This document shows positions 45,933-55,664 of a stretch of DNA of 64,000 bases, piece after piece (position 1 is the stretch's first letter; every line of letters starts with the position of its first letter). The DNA is taken from assembly GCA_041743505.1 (NCBI GenBank), contig JBGTMQ010000019.1:70147-134146 (forward strand), written 5' to 3'. A program made the position numbers and the translations under genes. This DNA comes from Candidatus Saccharimonadia bacterium (GTDB taxonomy: Bacteria > Patescibacteriota > Saccharimonadia > UBA4664). The notes under the pieces were generated by a model. It had not been told where the DNA came from. It searched no databases and was given only the letters and a program-made list of their open reading frames with translations.

Positions 45933-47831
45933 ATGCGCTTGCGAGCGGTGGTTCTAGTTGGTGTGATGCTTGGGCATAGTTTGGGTGCAGCGCTACTTGC
46001 TGTTCCCGGAACCGCTTCAGCCGCCAGCGGCGGCATTTATATCAGCGAACTTCAGACCAGCGGCCCCTTGTCCGGCCAGTCTAGCTACGAATTTGTAGAA
46101 CTCTATAATTCCAGCGACGTTGATGTGTCACTCAAAGGTTGGCAAATTGAATACCGGGCTGCCAGCACCGCCAATGGCAACGATTGCTCCCTGGGCTGGC
46201 CCAAAACTCCCACCATACTACCGGATGCAGTCGTAAAAGCCCACGGCTTCTACCTACTTGCGAACACGAAATACCCTCTCCAGTCGGACGGCCGGTTTAG
46301 CTTTGACCTGGCCTCTACCGCCGGCACCATCCGCATCCAGGACGCCAATAAACAGGTTGTCGATGCACTAGCCTGGGGCGACTCTACCGCTTGCGGCGCC
46401 GGCTCTCCAGCGCCCATCACGTCCGGCCAAAGCCTTGAGCGGCTCCCTGGTGCATCGGCCCCGTCAGGCGGCAATGGCTTCGACACCGGCGACAACCTGA
46501 ACGACTTCGCTCTGCGCCCAAGTCCCGAACCGCAAGGCACCGGCGCTGCCACCGAAGCGCCGCTCAATTTCGCTGGCATAGCTGAGGGCGATCCCACCGG
46601 CCAGTTGGCGCTCTCTGAGCTCCTCATCAACCCACACCTGGACCAGCCGGCCTTTGTCGAATTCAAAAACACCGGCCCGGATGTAATTGTCCTCAGCGCC
46701 TATGCCCTCAAAGTCGGAACAGCCAGTTACAATTTGCCCCACCATGTCATACTATCCGGCGGCTATGCGGTCGTCCGCTCAGACGTCTTTCCGCTATCTT
46801 TGCCCACTTCGGGCGGTAGTGTCAGCTTGATGGACGCAGCCGGCACCCCAACCGACACCATCACCTGGGACGAAGCACCGCTCGAAGCCGGCTTAATCGC
46901 AGGCGACAGCGACTGGACGTGGACCGCCAAGCCAACGCCGGGTACGGCCAATGAGGCTGTTGCGCTACCCGAAACCATTCCATTGTCGCTAACCGACACG
47001 GGCCTCTCGTCTCTTTATCCAGTCCTCAATATAACTGAGCTCTTGCCCGACCCGGCCTCACCAGCCACCGATGCCAGCGATGAATTTATTGAGCTGCACA
47101 ACCCGAATTCATTTGATGTTAATGTAGCGGGCTTTAGCCTCAAATCCGGTCAGACATTTAGTGGCAACTACACACTGCCGGACCTAACGGTTCCCGCGGG
47201 CGGGCATATAGCACTGACATCAGCTCAAACACATTTGGGCCTATCAAATAGCGGCTCGTCAGTCGGACTGTTCGATCCGCTAGGTAGTCAGATTGGTGCG
47301 ACCGTCAGCTATACCGCCGCCAAGGCCGGCAATACCTGGGCGCATTTCGAGTCCGGCTGGGCTTGGACAACCACGCCTACACCTGGCGCACCAAATATCC
47401 TGACGGCACCCGCCGATGTGGCAGGTGCCGCTGCCGCTGCGGCTGCGGCCAAGAAAGTCAAAGCCGCAGCCGCCACCAAAAAACCAAAGGCCGTCGCGGC
47501 CAAGGCTGCCAAGGCGCCAAAAGCGCCCAAGGAAAAGAAAACTGTTGCCACTAAATTCAAGGCAGCCGCCGCCAAAATCAAGCCAACCCTAGAAGCCGCC
47601 GCCGGCGGGCCGTGGGTCCTCCTGGTCCTGGTTGGTCTGACTATTTGTTATTGTATATACGAGTTCCGCTATGACTTACGAAATTACTACCACCAACTCA
47701 GAGGCCACACAGGCCGTAGCCGCCAAGCTGGCCCGGCTCTTGAAGGGCGGGGAGACGATCGAGCTGGCCAGCGACCTGGGCGGGGGCAAAACGACCTTCA
47801 CCCAAGGCCTAGCCGCAGCCTTGGGTTATAG
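45933..47831 (+). CDS. cell-surface lamin-tail-domain (LTD) triple-repeat protein with KA-rich tail and C-terminal TM anchor
   Basis: signal peptide; three LTD-like modules (IYISELQTSG...EFVELYNSS; LALSELLINPH...FVEFKNTG; LNITELLPDP...EFIELHNPN); AKKVKAAAATKKPKAVAAKAAKAPKAPKEKK; TM WVLLVLVGLTICYCIY. Confidence 0.7.
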   Translation: MRLRAVVLVGVMLGHSLGAALLAVPGTASAASGGIYISELQTSGPLSGQSSYEFVELYNSSDVDVSLKGWQIEYRAASTANGNDCSLGWPKTPTILPDAVVKAHGFYLLANTKYPLQSDGRFSFDLASTAGTIRIQDANKQVVDALAWGDSTACGAGSPAPITSGQSLERLPGASAPSGGNGFDTGDNLNDFALRPSPEPQGTGAATEAPLNFAGIAEGDPTGQLALSELLINPHLDQPAFVEFKNTGPDVIVLSAYALKVGTASYNLPHHVILSGGYAVVRSDVFPLSLPTSGGSVSLMDAAGTPTDTITWDEAPLEAGLIAGDSDWTWTAKPTPGTANEAVALPETIPLSLTDTGLSSLYPVLNITELLPDPASPATDASDEFIELHNPNSFDVNVAGFSLKSGQTFSGNYTLPDLTVPAGGHIALTSAQTHLGLSNSGSSVGLFDPLGSQIGATVSYTAAKAGNTWAHFESGWAWTTTPTPGAPNILTAPADVAGAAAAAAAAKKVKAAAATKKPKAVAAKAAKAPKAPKEKKTVATKFKAAAAKIKPTLEAAAGGPWVLLVLVGLTICYCIYEFRYDLRNYYHQLRGHTGRSRQAGPALEGRGDDRAGQRPGRGQNDLHPRPSRSLGL

Positions 47832-48138
47832 CGGCAACGTTACCAGCCCCACCTTCACCCTCAGCCATGTCTATAAACTTGAATCAGGTCTAGAGTTGCA
47901 CCACTACGACCTCTACCGCCTTAACGAAGGGGGAGTAGTCGGCGATGAGCTGGAGGAGGATTTAAACGACAACCAGGTCATAACTATCATTGAATGGGCC
48001 GGCATTATGGACGCCCGTCTGCCCGCTGACCGGATGCGTATCCACATCGACACCACCGGCGAAACCGACCGCCGCCTCACCCTGCTTTCCGGCGGCCCGG
48101 TATCTGAGCAATTAATAAAGGAGTTGAAGAGCACATGA
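47671..48138 (+). CDS. tsaE: tRNA threonylcarbamoyladenosine biosynthesis protein TsaE
   Basis: ASDLGGGKTTFTQGLAAALG Walker A in TsaE context; about 155 aa. Confidence 0.8.
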   Translation: MTYEITTTNSEATQAVAAKLARLLKGGETIELASDLGGGKTTFTQGLAAALGYSGNVTSPTFTLSHVYKLESGLELHHYDLYRLNEGGVVGDELEEDLNDNQVITIIEWAGIMDARLPADRMRIHIDTTGETDRRLTLLSGGPVSEQLIKELKST

Positions 48139-48542
48139 TCCTTGCCCTCCAAACCGCCGACATGACAACGCGGCTCTGGCTCATCAATCCGTCAGATGCC
48201 ACGTCCGCAGCAATCGAGCCCGCCCTAACGTGGGACAGCGGCCGCCAGCTCTCGGACGGCCTGCTGGCCAAGATTACCAGCACATTGGATCGGGCTGGCG
48301 CCGCATTGGAGAACCTTTCGGGCATTATCATCTTCAGTGGGCCCGGCTCCTTCACGTCCCTGCGTATCGGTCATAGCGTCGCCAATGCCCTGGCCGATAG
48401 TCTGGATATCCCAGTGATTGGAGTCGTCGGCCAGGACTGGATCCAAACTGGTCTCCATCAACTAAAAGTAGCCAAGCCTGGCCATCCGGTGCTGCCGCAT
48501 TATGGCTCTGAGGCGCACATCACAAAGCCTAAGGTTGACTAG
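48135..48542 (+). CDS. tsaB: tRNA threonylcarbamoyladenosine biosynthesis protein TsaB (short form)
   Basis: MILALQTADMTTRLWLIN N-terminus; ATGA overlap with tsaE; 135 aa. Confidence 0.65.
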   Translation: MILALQTADMTTRLWLINPSDATSAAIEPALTWDSGRQLSDGLLAKITSTLDRAGAALENLSGIIIFSGPGSFTSLRIGHSVANALADSLDIPVIGVVGQDWIQTGLHQLKVAKPGHPVLPHYGSEAHITKPKVD

Positions 48543-48644
48543 CAAACTAAACTCACGTTTAATATAGAAGCGATACCTTATTATCTGATATTGGCCAATT
48601 TCGGTATTCTTAGCATCAGAAGCATCAGAACTTTCTAGATCCGC

Positions 48645-50180
48645 TTGGCCTTGGGCGACACAATGTTTACTTTATCTATAATTGGAGCTGTGCTATTCGG
48701 TGGTGCGGCTGGCTATTCTTACAACTACATAATCGAAAAACGGCGGACTGGTGCCGCCGCCAACAAGGCCGAGGAGCTCCTAAAGGATGCAAACGCCAAG
48801 GTCAAAGAGATCACTCTGGAGGCCAAATCCGATGCTCTCAAGGTAGCTGAAGCGGCCAAGAAAGAAGAGACTGCCCGCCGGGCCGAACTAACGGTTACTG
48901 AGCGGCAATTGCTCCAGCGCCAGTCATCATTGGATCTAAAACTCGAAGAACTTGATCAGCGCCAGGAAAAGCTCCGCAAACATGAAGGTGAACTCGAAAC
49001 ACTCAAAGAAGATTTGCGGTCCATCCGCGCCAAACAACAGGACAACCTCGAAAAAATAGCCAAATTATCCCGCGACGAAGCCAAGGCCAAGCTTCTGCAG
49101 ATGACCGAGCGCGACATCCGCCAAGATCTGGTTAAGCTTGTGGAAAAACTCCAGAGCGAGGCCAAGGAAGAGGCTGAGGACCAGGCCAAGCTAATAATTG
49201 TCGGAGCTATGGAACGTATGGCCTCCGAGCAAACGGCTGAGCGCACCATCACTACTGTGCCGCTCCCCAGCGATGAGCTCAAGGGCCGGGTTATCGGCAA
49301 AGAAGGCCGCAACATCCAGTCACTAGAGCGGGCCACCGGCGTTGATGTCATTATCGATGAAACCCCCGGCGCCATTGTCTTATCCAGTTTTGATCCCATC
49401 CGCCGCCAGGTCGCCCGTGTCGCCCTCGAGAAACTCCTCTCAGACGGTCGCATCCACCCGGCCCGCATCGAAGAAGTCGTGGCCAAAGCCCGCACCGAAA
49501 TCGATAAACAAATCAAAGAGGCCGGCGAAAAGGCCCTCAAAGAAACCGGCGTTGTCGGCGTCCCGGTTGAGATGGTCCAGCTTCTCGGCGCCCTCAAGTT
49601 CCGCACCTCGTTCTCGCAAAACGTCCTCAAACACTCAGTCGAAATGTCGCATCTGGCCGGCATGATCGCCAAAGAAATCGGCGCCGACGTCCGCATTGCC
49701 AAAACTGCCGCCTTGCTCCATGACGTCGGCAAAGCCGTCGGCCATGAGATCGAAGGTGGCCACCACCACATCGGCGCTGACCTGGCCGCCAAGTATGGCA
49801 TGGACGAAACCATCGTGCATGCCATCAAGGCCCACCACGACGACGTCGAGGCCACCACGCCTGAGGCCCTCGTCGTGCGCGTCGTCGATGCCCTCTCAGC
49901 CGGCCGGCCTGGCGCCCGCGGCGATACCTTGGAAAACTACGCCAAACGCATGACCGAGCTCGAGAATCTGGCCAACACCTTCCCAGGCGTCAGCAAGTGC
50001 TATGCCATCTCAGCCGGCCGCGAGCTTCGCATTATCGTCGAACCCGAGCGTGTCGATGACCTGCTAGCCATTAAAATGGCCCGCGACATTGCCACCAAGG
50101 TTGAAGCCACCCTCAAATATCCCGGCGTCATCAAGGTCAACGTCATCCGCGAAACCCGCGCTATCGAATTCGCTAAGTAA
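48645..50180 (+). CDS. rny: ribonuclease Y
   Basis: N-terminal TM, coiled coil, KH domain (GRVIGKEGRNIQSLE), HD domain (LLHDVGKA...HH). Confidence 0.9.
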   Translation: MALGDTMFTLSIIGAVLFGGAAGYSYNYIIEKRRTGAAANKAEELLKDANAKVKEITLEAKSDALKVAEAAKKEETARRAELTVTERQLLQRQSSLDLKLEELDQRQEKLRKHEGELETLKEDLRSIRAKQQDNLEKIAKLSRDEAKAKLLQMTERDIRQDLVKLVEKLQSEAKEEAEDQAKLIIVGAMERMASEQTAERTITTVPLPSDELKGRVIGKEGRNIQSLERATGVDVIIDETPGAIVLSSFDPIRRQVARVALEKLLSDGRIHPARIEEVVAKARTEIDKQIKEAGEKALKETGVVGVPVEMVQLLGALKFRTSFSQNVLKHSVEMSHLAGMIAKEIGADVRIAKTAALLHDVGKAVGHEIEGGHHHIGADLAAKYGMDETIVHAIKAHHDDVEATTPEALVVRVVDALSAGRPGARGDTLENYAKRMTELENLANTFPGVSKCYAISAGRELRIIVEPERVDDLLAIKMARDIATKVEATLKYPGVIKVNVIRETRAIEFAK

Positions 50181-50200
50181 TTAAGCCCACAACCGTTAAT

Positions 50201-50689
50201 ATGCCAAGCTCTAATACAATCATCCGACCTGCCACAAACAAAGATTTCACCAGCGTTCAACAACTCAACGCAGAATTATTCAGATTCGAAGACGGTCTAA
50301 GTGGCCACGATCACTCACGCAATCTTGACTGGCCTAACACCGACTTTGCAATCAAATACTTCCAAAAATGCTGTGCCACCGAAGGAGGGTATGCCGCTTT
50401 CATCGCCGAGTGTAACAGTCAGATCATTGGTTACCTGGCTTCCGCCATCTCTACCAAACTTTACCTCGCCACCAACCCCATTGCTGAAATTGAAAACATG
50501 TTTATCAAGGAGGCCTACCGCCAGCAAGGCATCGGCTCTCAGCTTGTGGCTGCTTTCAAGGACTGGGCTACCGATCAAGGCGCCCACCGCCTCAAGGTTG
50601 GTGCTTTTGCCTACAATCACTCAGCTCTCAACTTTTACCGAAAACACGGATTCACTGACTTTGAAGTCATTTTAGAACAGCCGCTTTAG
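50201..50689 (+). CDS. GNAT-family N-acetyltransferase
   Basis: acetyl-CoA motif QQGIGSQLVAAFKDWA. Confidence 0.7.
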   Translation: MPSSNTIIRPATNKDFTSVQQLNAELFRFEDGLSGHDHSRNLDWPNTDFAIKYFQKCCATEGGYAAFIAECNSQIIGYLASAISTKLYLATNPIAEIENMFIKEAYRQQGIGSQLVAAFKDWATDQGAHRLKVGAFAYNHSALNFYRKHGFTDFEVILEQPL

Positions 50690-50792
50690 TCGCCCTCGCT
50701 ACTCAATATCAGTAAAAATTGAACTAGCATCTACGCTATCAGATTTAAAAACAGGCCAGCAACGAACTTTCGTTCATCACTGACCCGGTCGA

Positions 50793-52211
50793 TCAACATT
50801 GTGGGGCGGTGTGCACCAGATTCATGTCATAGCTCCAGCTATCCTTTAGCTGGTTGTAAGCATGAAACTGGCTGTCTCTGTCTGTTTGATCAGTCGCCTC
50901 AGTCCAGAATGGGGCCGCAAAGAAGTCGCCTTCAAACCACATATCCTGACCGGACGGGTCTTTGTACTGACCTTCGATGCGCCACTCGCCACCCACATTC
51001 TGGGTCCAATGCATCCATGCTGGAGATGGAACCTGAATCTGATCAACCGAATTGAACTGACGAGCGTAGAACAACACATAGCTATGGTTGTCCGGCCTGA
51101 CGAACGTCCGGTAATCCGATCCCCCTAGCCAGCACGCATCCGGTACATCCACAGGCGGTGGTGGAGGTGCAGCTTGCGTTACCGGCTCCGGGTGCGTCAC
51201 CTGTCTCGGCTGAACCTGCTGTACTGGACCCGGAATTGGCTGGGCCTTAACTTCAGGCTGTGTGTCGGTCGGAGCAACAATCGATTCAGGCTGAATGTTA
51301 GCACCTAGTGGTGCTGTTGTGCTGCTTTGCTCATCGTGTGATGGCGCAGCCGGACCCGGTAGAAAAGGCCGGATAAACTCAGCCGCTTTCTTAGTTAATC
51401 CATTTGACTTGTAGTTCGTGTGTTCAGCAAACAGAGAAGTAGTAATATGGGACTGGCATATCGGATCCGGGACATTACAATAATTACCCGTCCTATCTCG
51501 AACCCCTGAGGGAATCAAAACATTGACTAGGTCGAATCCGTAAGCTGAACCATTGCGGGTAGCTGTCATCTTGTTTACTCGGTTTATATCCAAGCCCGAT
51601 GAAAAGAGCGGATCACCAAACAAAGCGACCCCTGCAATCTCCTCTAGCCGATCTGGGCTTAACCGGTTTAATGCCTTGTGAATCAACCACGTCCCTTGCG
51701 AGTAACCTACAAGTACAAATCTTGTATGGTGCTCACACTGAGCGTCTACTAAACCAATCTCTTGAGCCATCCACCCGGCCCCCGCGTTAACGTTGGCTGC
51801 ATATGCGCTTGGTGTACTTAGCAACAGAGCTGGTTTCGTCTCGCCAAACACCGGTTGTGCGGCGTACTGAACCCCTTCATAGGCGATACGAAGTTGCGGC
51901 GCTGATGCTGCCAAATTCTGGTAGACATCGTAGCTTATGCTTCCCATGCCGTTGAACTGGTCATTCGCATATGCGGACGAGTCAACAGCATCATCACCCT
52001 GGGGGGCTTCACCTGAACCGCGAGCACCAATGACAAGGACATCCGGGCAAGGTTCTCCCTGCCATTTACCTTCCTTATCTTTGTGCCCAACCCCAACTTG
52101 AGCATTAACAGCTGAGCTAGTGAGTACTGACATTCCTGTAAAAAGCACCAGCATGGCTAATACGCACGCAAATACCCCTGATCTGCGCTTACCCATCACT
52201 GTGACCCCCAT
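50793..52211 (-). CDS. secreted cutinase-family serine esterase with Pro-rich linker and C-terminal domain of unknown function
   Basis: signal peptide; CPDVLVIGARGSGE and GYSQG (cutinase nucleophile elbow); DPIC...H region. Linker ...PPPPPVDVP. About 120-aa C-terminal module. Confidence 0.6.
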   Translation of the reverse strand: MGVTVMGKRRSGVFACVLAMLVLFTGMSVLTSSAVNAQVGVGHKDKEGKWQGEPCPDVLVIGARGSGEAPQGDDAVDSSAYANDQFNGMGSISYDVYQNLAASAPQLRIAYEGVQYAAQPVFGETKPALLLSTPSAYAANVNAGAGWMAQEIGLVDAQCEHHTRFVLVGYSQGTWLIHKALNRLSPDRLEEIAGVALFGDPLFSSGLDINRVNKMTATRNGSAYGFDLVNVLIPSGVRDRTGNYCNVPDPICQSHITTSLFAEHTNYKSNGLTKKAAEFIRPFLPGPAAPSHDEQSSTTAPLGANIQPESIVAPTDTQPEVKAQPIPGPVQQVQPRQVTHPEPVTQAAPPPPPVDVPDACWLGGSDYRTFVRPDNHSYVLFYARQFNSVDQIQVPSPAWMHWTQNVGGEWRIEGQYKDPSGQDMWFEGDFFAAPFWTEATDQTDRDSQFHAYNQLKDSWSYDMNLVHTAPQC

Positions 52212-52446
52212 CTATGTCGAAGAACTAGGTAAACTTACCTACGGACATACACTATACATATAATATCATTCAATGTCAATCGCGAGAGATCGGGAAAGCT
52301 TGAAATGAATGGAAATAACTAACCCCGATTTGGCCACAAGCTTTAATAGGGAAAAAGCCTATTACAACGAGCTAACACAATCATGGCCTCACTCTGGGTC
52401 TGAGCTAGATAGGCAAGTCATGCAAATTGGCAACCAAAGAGGCGCC

Positions 52447-52776
52447 CTATGGATGAGTAATCAAATATCCGCATATAATGATAGCCGGTACAGCGTAGCC
52501 ATATACTGAGAGGTTCTTAGCGTTTGGCCGCTTACTGATAGCCAAGCTAAAAAGACCGCCGACGATTGCTACTAGTGGTGCCTCGATCACATATGCCCCA
52601 AAGAGCGCTAGACCAATTGCTTCATTACCATATGGGACGTTGTATTTGGCTGAGTAATAATGGGCCAATATCGTGGTCACCATAATCGGACTGAGAATAA
52701 AGAATAATTTCGCGAGCATTCGAGGCCAGCCATCGGCTGGAGTCAAAATGTAGCTCCATTTACTGTGTTCAGACAT
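52447..52776 (-). CDS. small 3-TM membrane protein
   Basis: 109-aa hydrophobic ORF. Confidence 0.35.
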   Translation of the reverse strand: MSEHSKWSYILTPADGWPRMLAKLFFILSPIMVTTILAHYYSAKYNVPYGNEAIGLALFGAYVIEAPLVAIVGGLFSLAISKRPNAKNLSVYGYAVPAIIICGYLITHP

Positions 52777-53230
52777 TCCAAATTTTCTCCTGAGTAGCTC
52801 ATTGCACGAAGTTTCACATAGCTGGGTGACCGATAGTACATATTACGAGACACTGATGGTGACTCAAACGATCTTTCGGGGTAAATTGTACGTAATAATG
52901 TTGAGTCTGTCAAGGCTAAGTGGTAATTCGCCACTCACGAGGTTACCGCAGCACAATTTTATTCCACCCACTATATAACAAGATTACATAGTGAGATACA
53001 TTCGAGCGTAGCAAAATACCTTTACCAAGGCATAAAAATTTGCTATATGTAATATCGTTATATAGTGAAGCAAGATGTTTTATATAATCCGCCACAAACT
53101 TAACTAAAGACCTGCCTCAATTACCCAAAATTGCACCCGCAAGACCCGGGGCCGAGCGCAGTAATCAAGCCTTAAGCATTGACCGTCCATACCCCAATCA
53201 CCATACTCTAGAGCAGGAATTAACTTCGCT

Positions 53231-54025
53231 ATGAACATACTTTATCTCGGCGATATCATGGGCAAAGCCGGCCGCGAAACCGTCACCCAGCTACTACCCG
53301 AGCTCAAAACCAAACACAAAGTCGACTTTGTCATCGCCCAGGGCGAAAACCTCAGCCACGGCAAGGGCATGCAAATCAACCACACCGAGGCCATGCTGGA
53401 GGCCGGCGTCGACTTCTTCACCGGCGGCAACTGGACCCTACACCGCCCGGCCATCGTCCCGTGGCTTGAAGACCCCCACAAGCCCGTCATCCGCCCCGCC
53501 AATTACAAAGCCGGCACCCCCGGCCGCGGCTGGAAGGTCGCCGACACGCCGTTCGGCAAAATCCAAGTCATCACCTTGCTCGGCCAAATCGTCGGTGCCT
53601 TCCCAGCCGATATCGACAACCCGCTCCACACCGTAGACGCTATCCTCGAGGAAACCAAAAACGAGCACTACGCTGCCCGCATTGTAAATTTCCATGGCGA
53701 CTACTCCAGCGAGAAACTAGTCATTGGCCAATACCTCGACGGCCGGGTCACCGCCGTCATCGGCGACCACTGGCATATCCCCACCGCCGATGCAAAAGTC
53801 TTTCCGCATGGCACAGCCCACATCACCGATGTTGGTATGGTCGGGTCGTATGACTCATGTTTAGGAGTTGAAACTGATGTTATAGTTAAACGCTGGCTTT
53901 CAGGCCTACCTAGCCGTAATGAGCTCGAATCAGATGGCAAGATGTGGCTTTGCGCGATTCTCATTAGCGTAAATGTCGAAAATAGCCAAGCCAAAAGCAT
54001 AAAACAAATTATCGTCTTTTCATAA
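53231..54025 (+). CDS. ymdB: YmdB-family 2',3'-cyclic-nucleotide phosphodiesterase (metallophosphoesterase)
   Basis: MNILYLGDIMGKAGRE...GENLSHGKG...VIGDHWH matches the TIGR00282/YmdB pattern. Confidence 0.8.
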   Translation: MNILYLGDIMGKAGRETVTQLLPELKTKHKVDFVIAQGENLSHGKGMQINHTEAMLEAGVDFFTGGNWTLHRPAIVPWLEDPHKPVIRPANYKAGTPGRGWKVADTPFGKIQVITLLGQIVGAFPADIDNPLHTVDAILEETKNEHYAARIVNFHGDYSSEKLVIGQYLDGRVTAVIGDHWHIPTADAKVFPHGTAHITDVGMVGSYDSCLGVETDVIVKRWLSGLPSRNELESDGKMWLCAILISVNVENSQAKSIKQIIVFS

Positions 54026-54086
54026 ATTTACCCTTTACCTATCCAAAGCCGATAGGTACCATAGGGTGTGTAATCTGGAGTATTGG

Positions 54087-54359
54087 ATGACAAAGCAACA
54101 GCTAATTGAGACATTGGCGTCCGAAACGAACACCACTAAGCGTCAGGTTGAGCAACTTCTCACCACCTTCGTTGGCATCGTTGAGCGAACCGTCGCTAAG
54201 GGTGAAAAAGTATCAATTACCGGTTTCGGTACCTTTGACCTCGGTAAGCGGGCAGCCCGCCGCGGTGTTAATCCTCAAACCGGCGCGGAGATTCACATCC
54301 CCGAGATGGCCATGCCTCGCTTCCGTGCTGGTAAGCGCCTCAAAGAAACTATTCGCTAA
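54087..54359 (+). CDS. hup: DNA-binding protein HU
   Basis: MTKQQLIETLA...GFGTFDLGKRAARRGVNPQTGAEIHIP signature arm. Confidence 0.9.
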   Translation: MTKQQLIETLASETNTTKRQVEQLLTTFVGIVERTVAKGEKVSITGFGTFDLGKRAARRGVNPQTGAEIHIPEMAMPRFRAGKRLKETIR

Positions 54360-54382
54360 ACCGATCGTATCAGTTTGTTACT

Positions 54383-54416
54383 AAAAAGAACCCACCTTAT
54401 GAACGGGTTCTTTTAG
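54383..54416 (+). terminator. rho-independent terminator after hup
   Basis: aagaaccc-accttatgaac-gggttctt hairpin followed by TTTT. Confidence 0.7.
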
Positions 54417-54590
54417 TTGGACAGCTGCCCGGGTTAGCTATTCTGTCGCTATTAAGCCACCCTTGGAAGAAGATGAAGTGCAGTAATGCTCTGCCCGTCA
54501 TTAATTTCACCGCGCTCAATCATTGACTCAACCTTCGGCAATGATATAAATTTTGCGTCACTAATAGTGGCTCCTGCAATTACAGACCTT

Positions 54591-55214
54591 CTAATGGCTG
54601 GTTACGGATAACACTGCTTTTATATCATTATCATGTTTACTAACCCGGATCCATGGGTACCCATACTTTTTAGTCTCAGTCTCAAGACACCGGCCAAACA
54701 GCCGCACCCACTCCACCTCTTTCTCTTTCACGCTATCCAGATAGCTCTCCGCCTTGCCCCAAAGACCACGTTCATAAACAACCCTCCGCAACCGGTCTTC
54801 GTCATGGTCCACCAGAAATACCGGCTTAATATGACCGTTATTTCCAAAATCCCTCGCAATCAAACGAGGTAGGAGGTGAACACCCTCGACAATAAAACCC
54901 TCCGGCCATATCGGCCATTCATAGTCGTTCTCAATGAACGCCTTAATTCCAAGCCATACTGCTTCGTTATGTTTCAGTACCTTCTCAACAATCTCCTCAG
55001 CCGTAAATTCGGTCAGAAATCGCTCAGCAGTATAACCCTGAGGCTTAAATATGTCAGGAAAATCGTCCCTACGAGCCGTAACCTGCATCATATCGCCAAT
55101 TTGGTCCGTCGATATCCACGGCAGCCCCAATTGCTTTGCCAGCGCTCTTGCCACAGTAGTTTTACCAGTCGTCGGCGAGCCACCGATGAGGATGATAGTT
55201 TTGTCCTGCTTCAT
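54591..55214 (-). CDS. P-loop NTPase/small-molecule kinase (AAA_33/NadR-kinase-like)
   Basis: Walker A IGGSPTTGKTT at the N-terminus; 207 aa; 4-nt overlap with the upstream SemiSWEET gene. Confidence 0.5.
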   Translation of the reverse strand: MKQDKTIILIGGSPTTGKTTVARALAKQLGLPWISTDQIGDMMQVTARRDDFPDIFKPQGYTAERFLTEFTAEEIVEKVLKHNEAVWLGIKAFIENDYEWPIWPEGFIVEGVHLLPRLIARDFGNNGHIKPVFLVDHDEDRLRRVVYERGLWGKAESYLDSVKEKEVEWVRLFGRCLETETKKYGYPWIRVSKHDNDIKAVLSVTSH

Positions 55215-55462
55215 CGGAACCGGTTCTGAGCCTTAATCACCAAAATGATTAATCCAAGCCCAAAAACAACCGCATTAGTCACCCAAATTGCCGGTAACCC
55301 GCCCACCAAGCCATAAACCACCCACAGAAGCGCCGACACGTTCAACAACATAAGCGTCAAAAGCGATAAATCCCGGGTTTTCCGGGTAATTACCGTTTTG
55401 TATGCTTGTGGAACATAAGTCGAAAGGGTAAGAACCCCGGCAATAACGCCGACTACTTCCAT
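55211..55462 (-). CDS. SemiSWEET / PQ-loop 3-TM transporter
   Basis: 83 aa, three TM helices, PQ motif (STYVPQAYK) in TM1. Confidence 0.6.
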   Translation of the reverse strand: MEVVGVIAGVLTLSTYVPQAYKTVITRKTRDLSLLTLMLLNVSALLWVVYGLVGGLPAIWVTNAVVFGLGLIILVIKAQNRFR

Positions 55463-55664
55463 CGCTGACCGCCGTGACCGGTCAAATTAGCCACCAAACA
55501 ACCGGGCTATAGCATCAAACAAGCTATTGAACAGATTTTGCAATGCCGTCAAAAAAGCCTGCAACAAGCTAAAAACAGCGTTAACAAAATCCATGATCGG
55601 CCTCAGAATCGAGTCTACTACATCCATATCTCTATTATAGCTTCTCTCCCGCCTGCTTACACGC

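Noticed and set aside
47671-47831. Treating the LTD-protein/tsaE overlap as proof of a frameshift error
   Set aside because: Cannot be decided from sequence. tsaE has a plausible start at 47671 and the LTD ORF simply lacks an earlier stop. Reported as an observation to check rather than called a pseudogene
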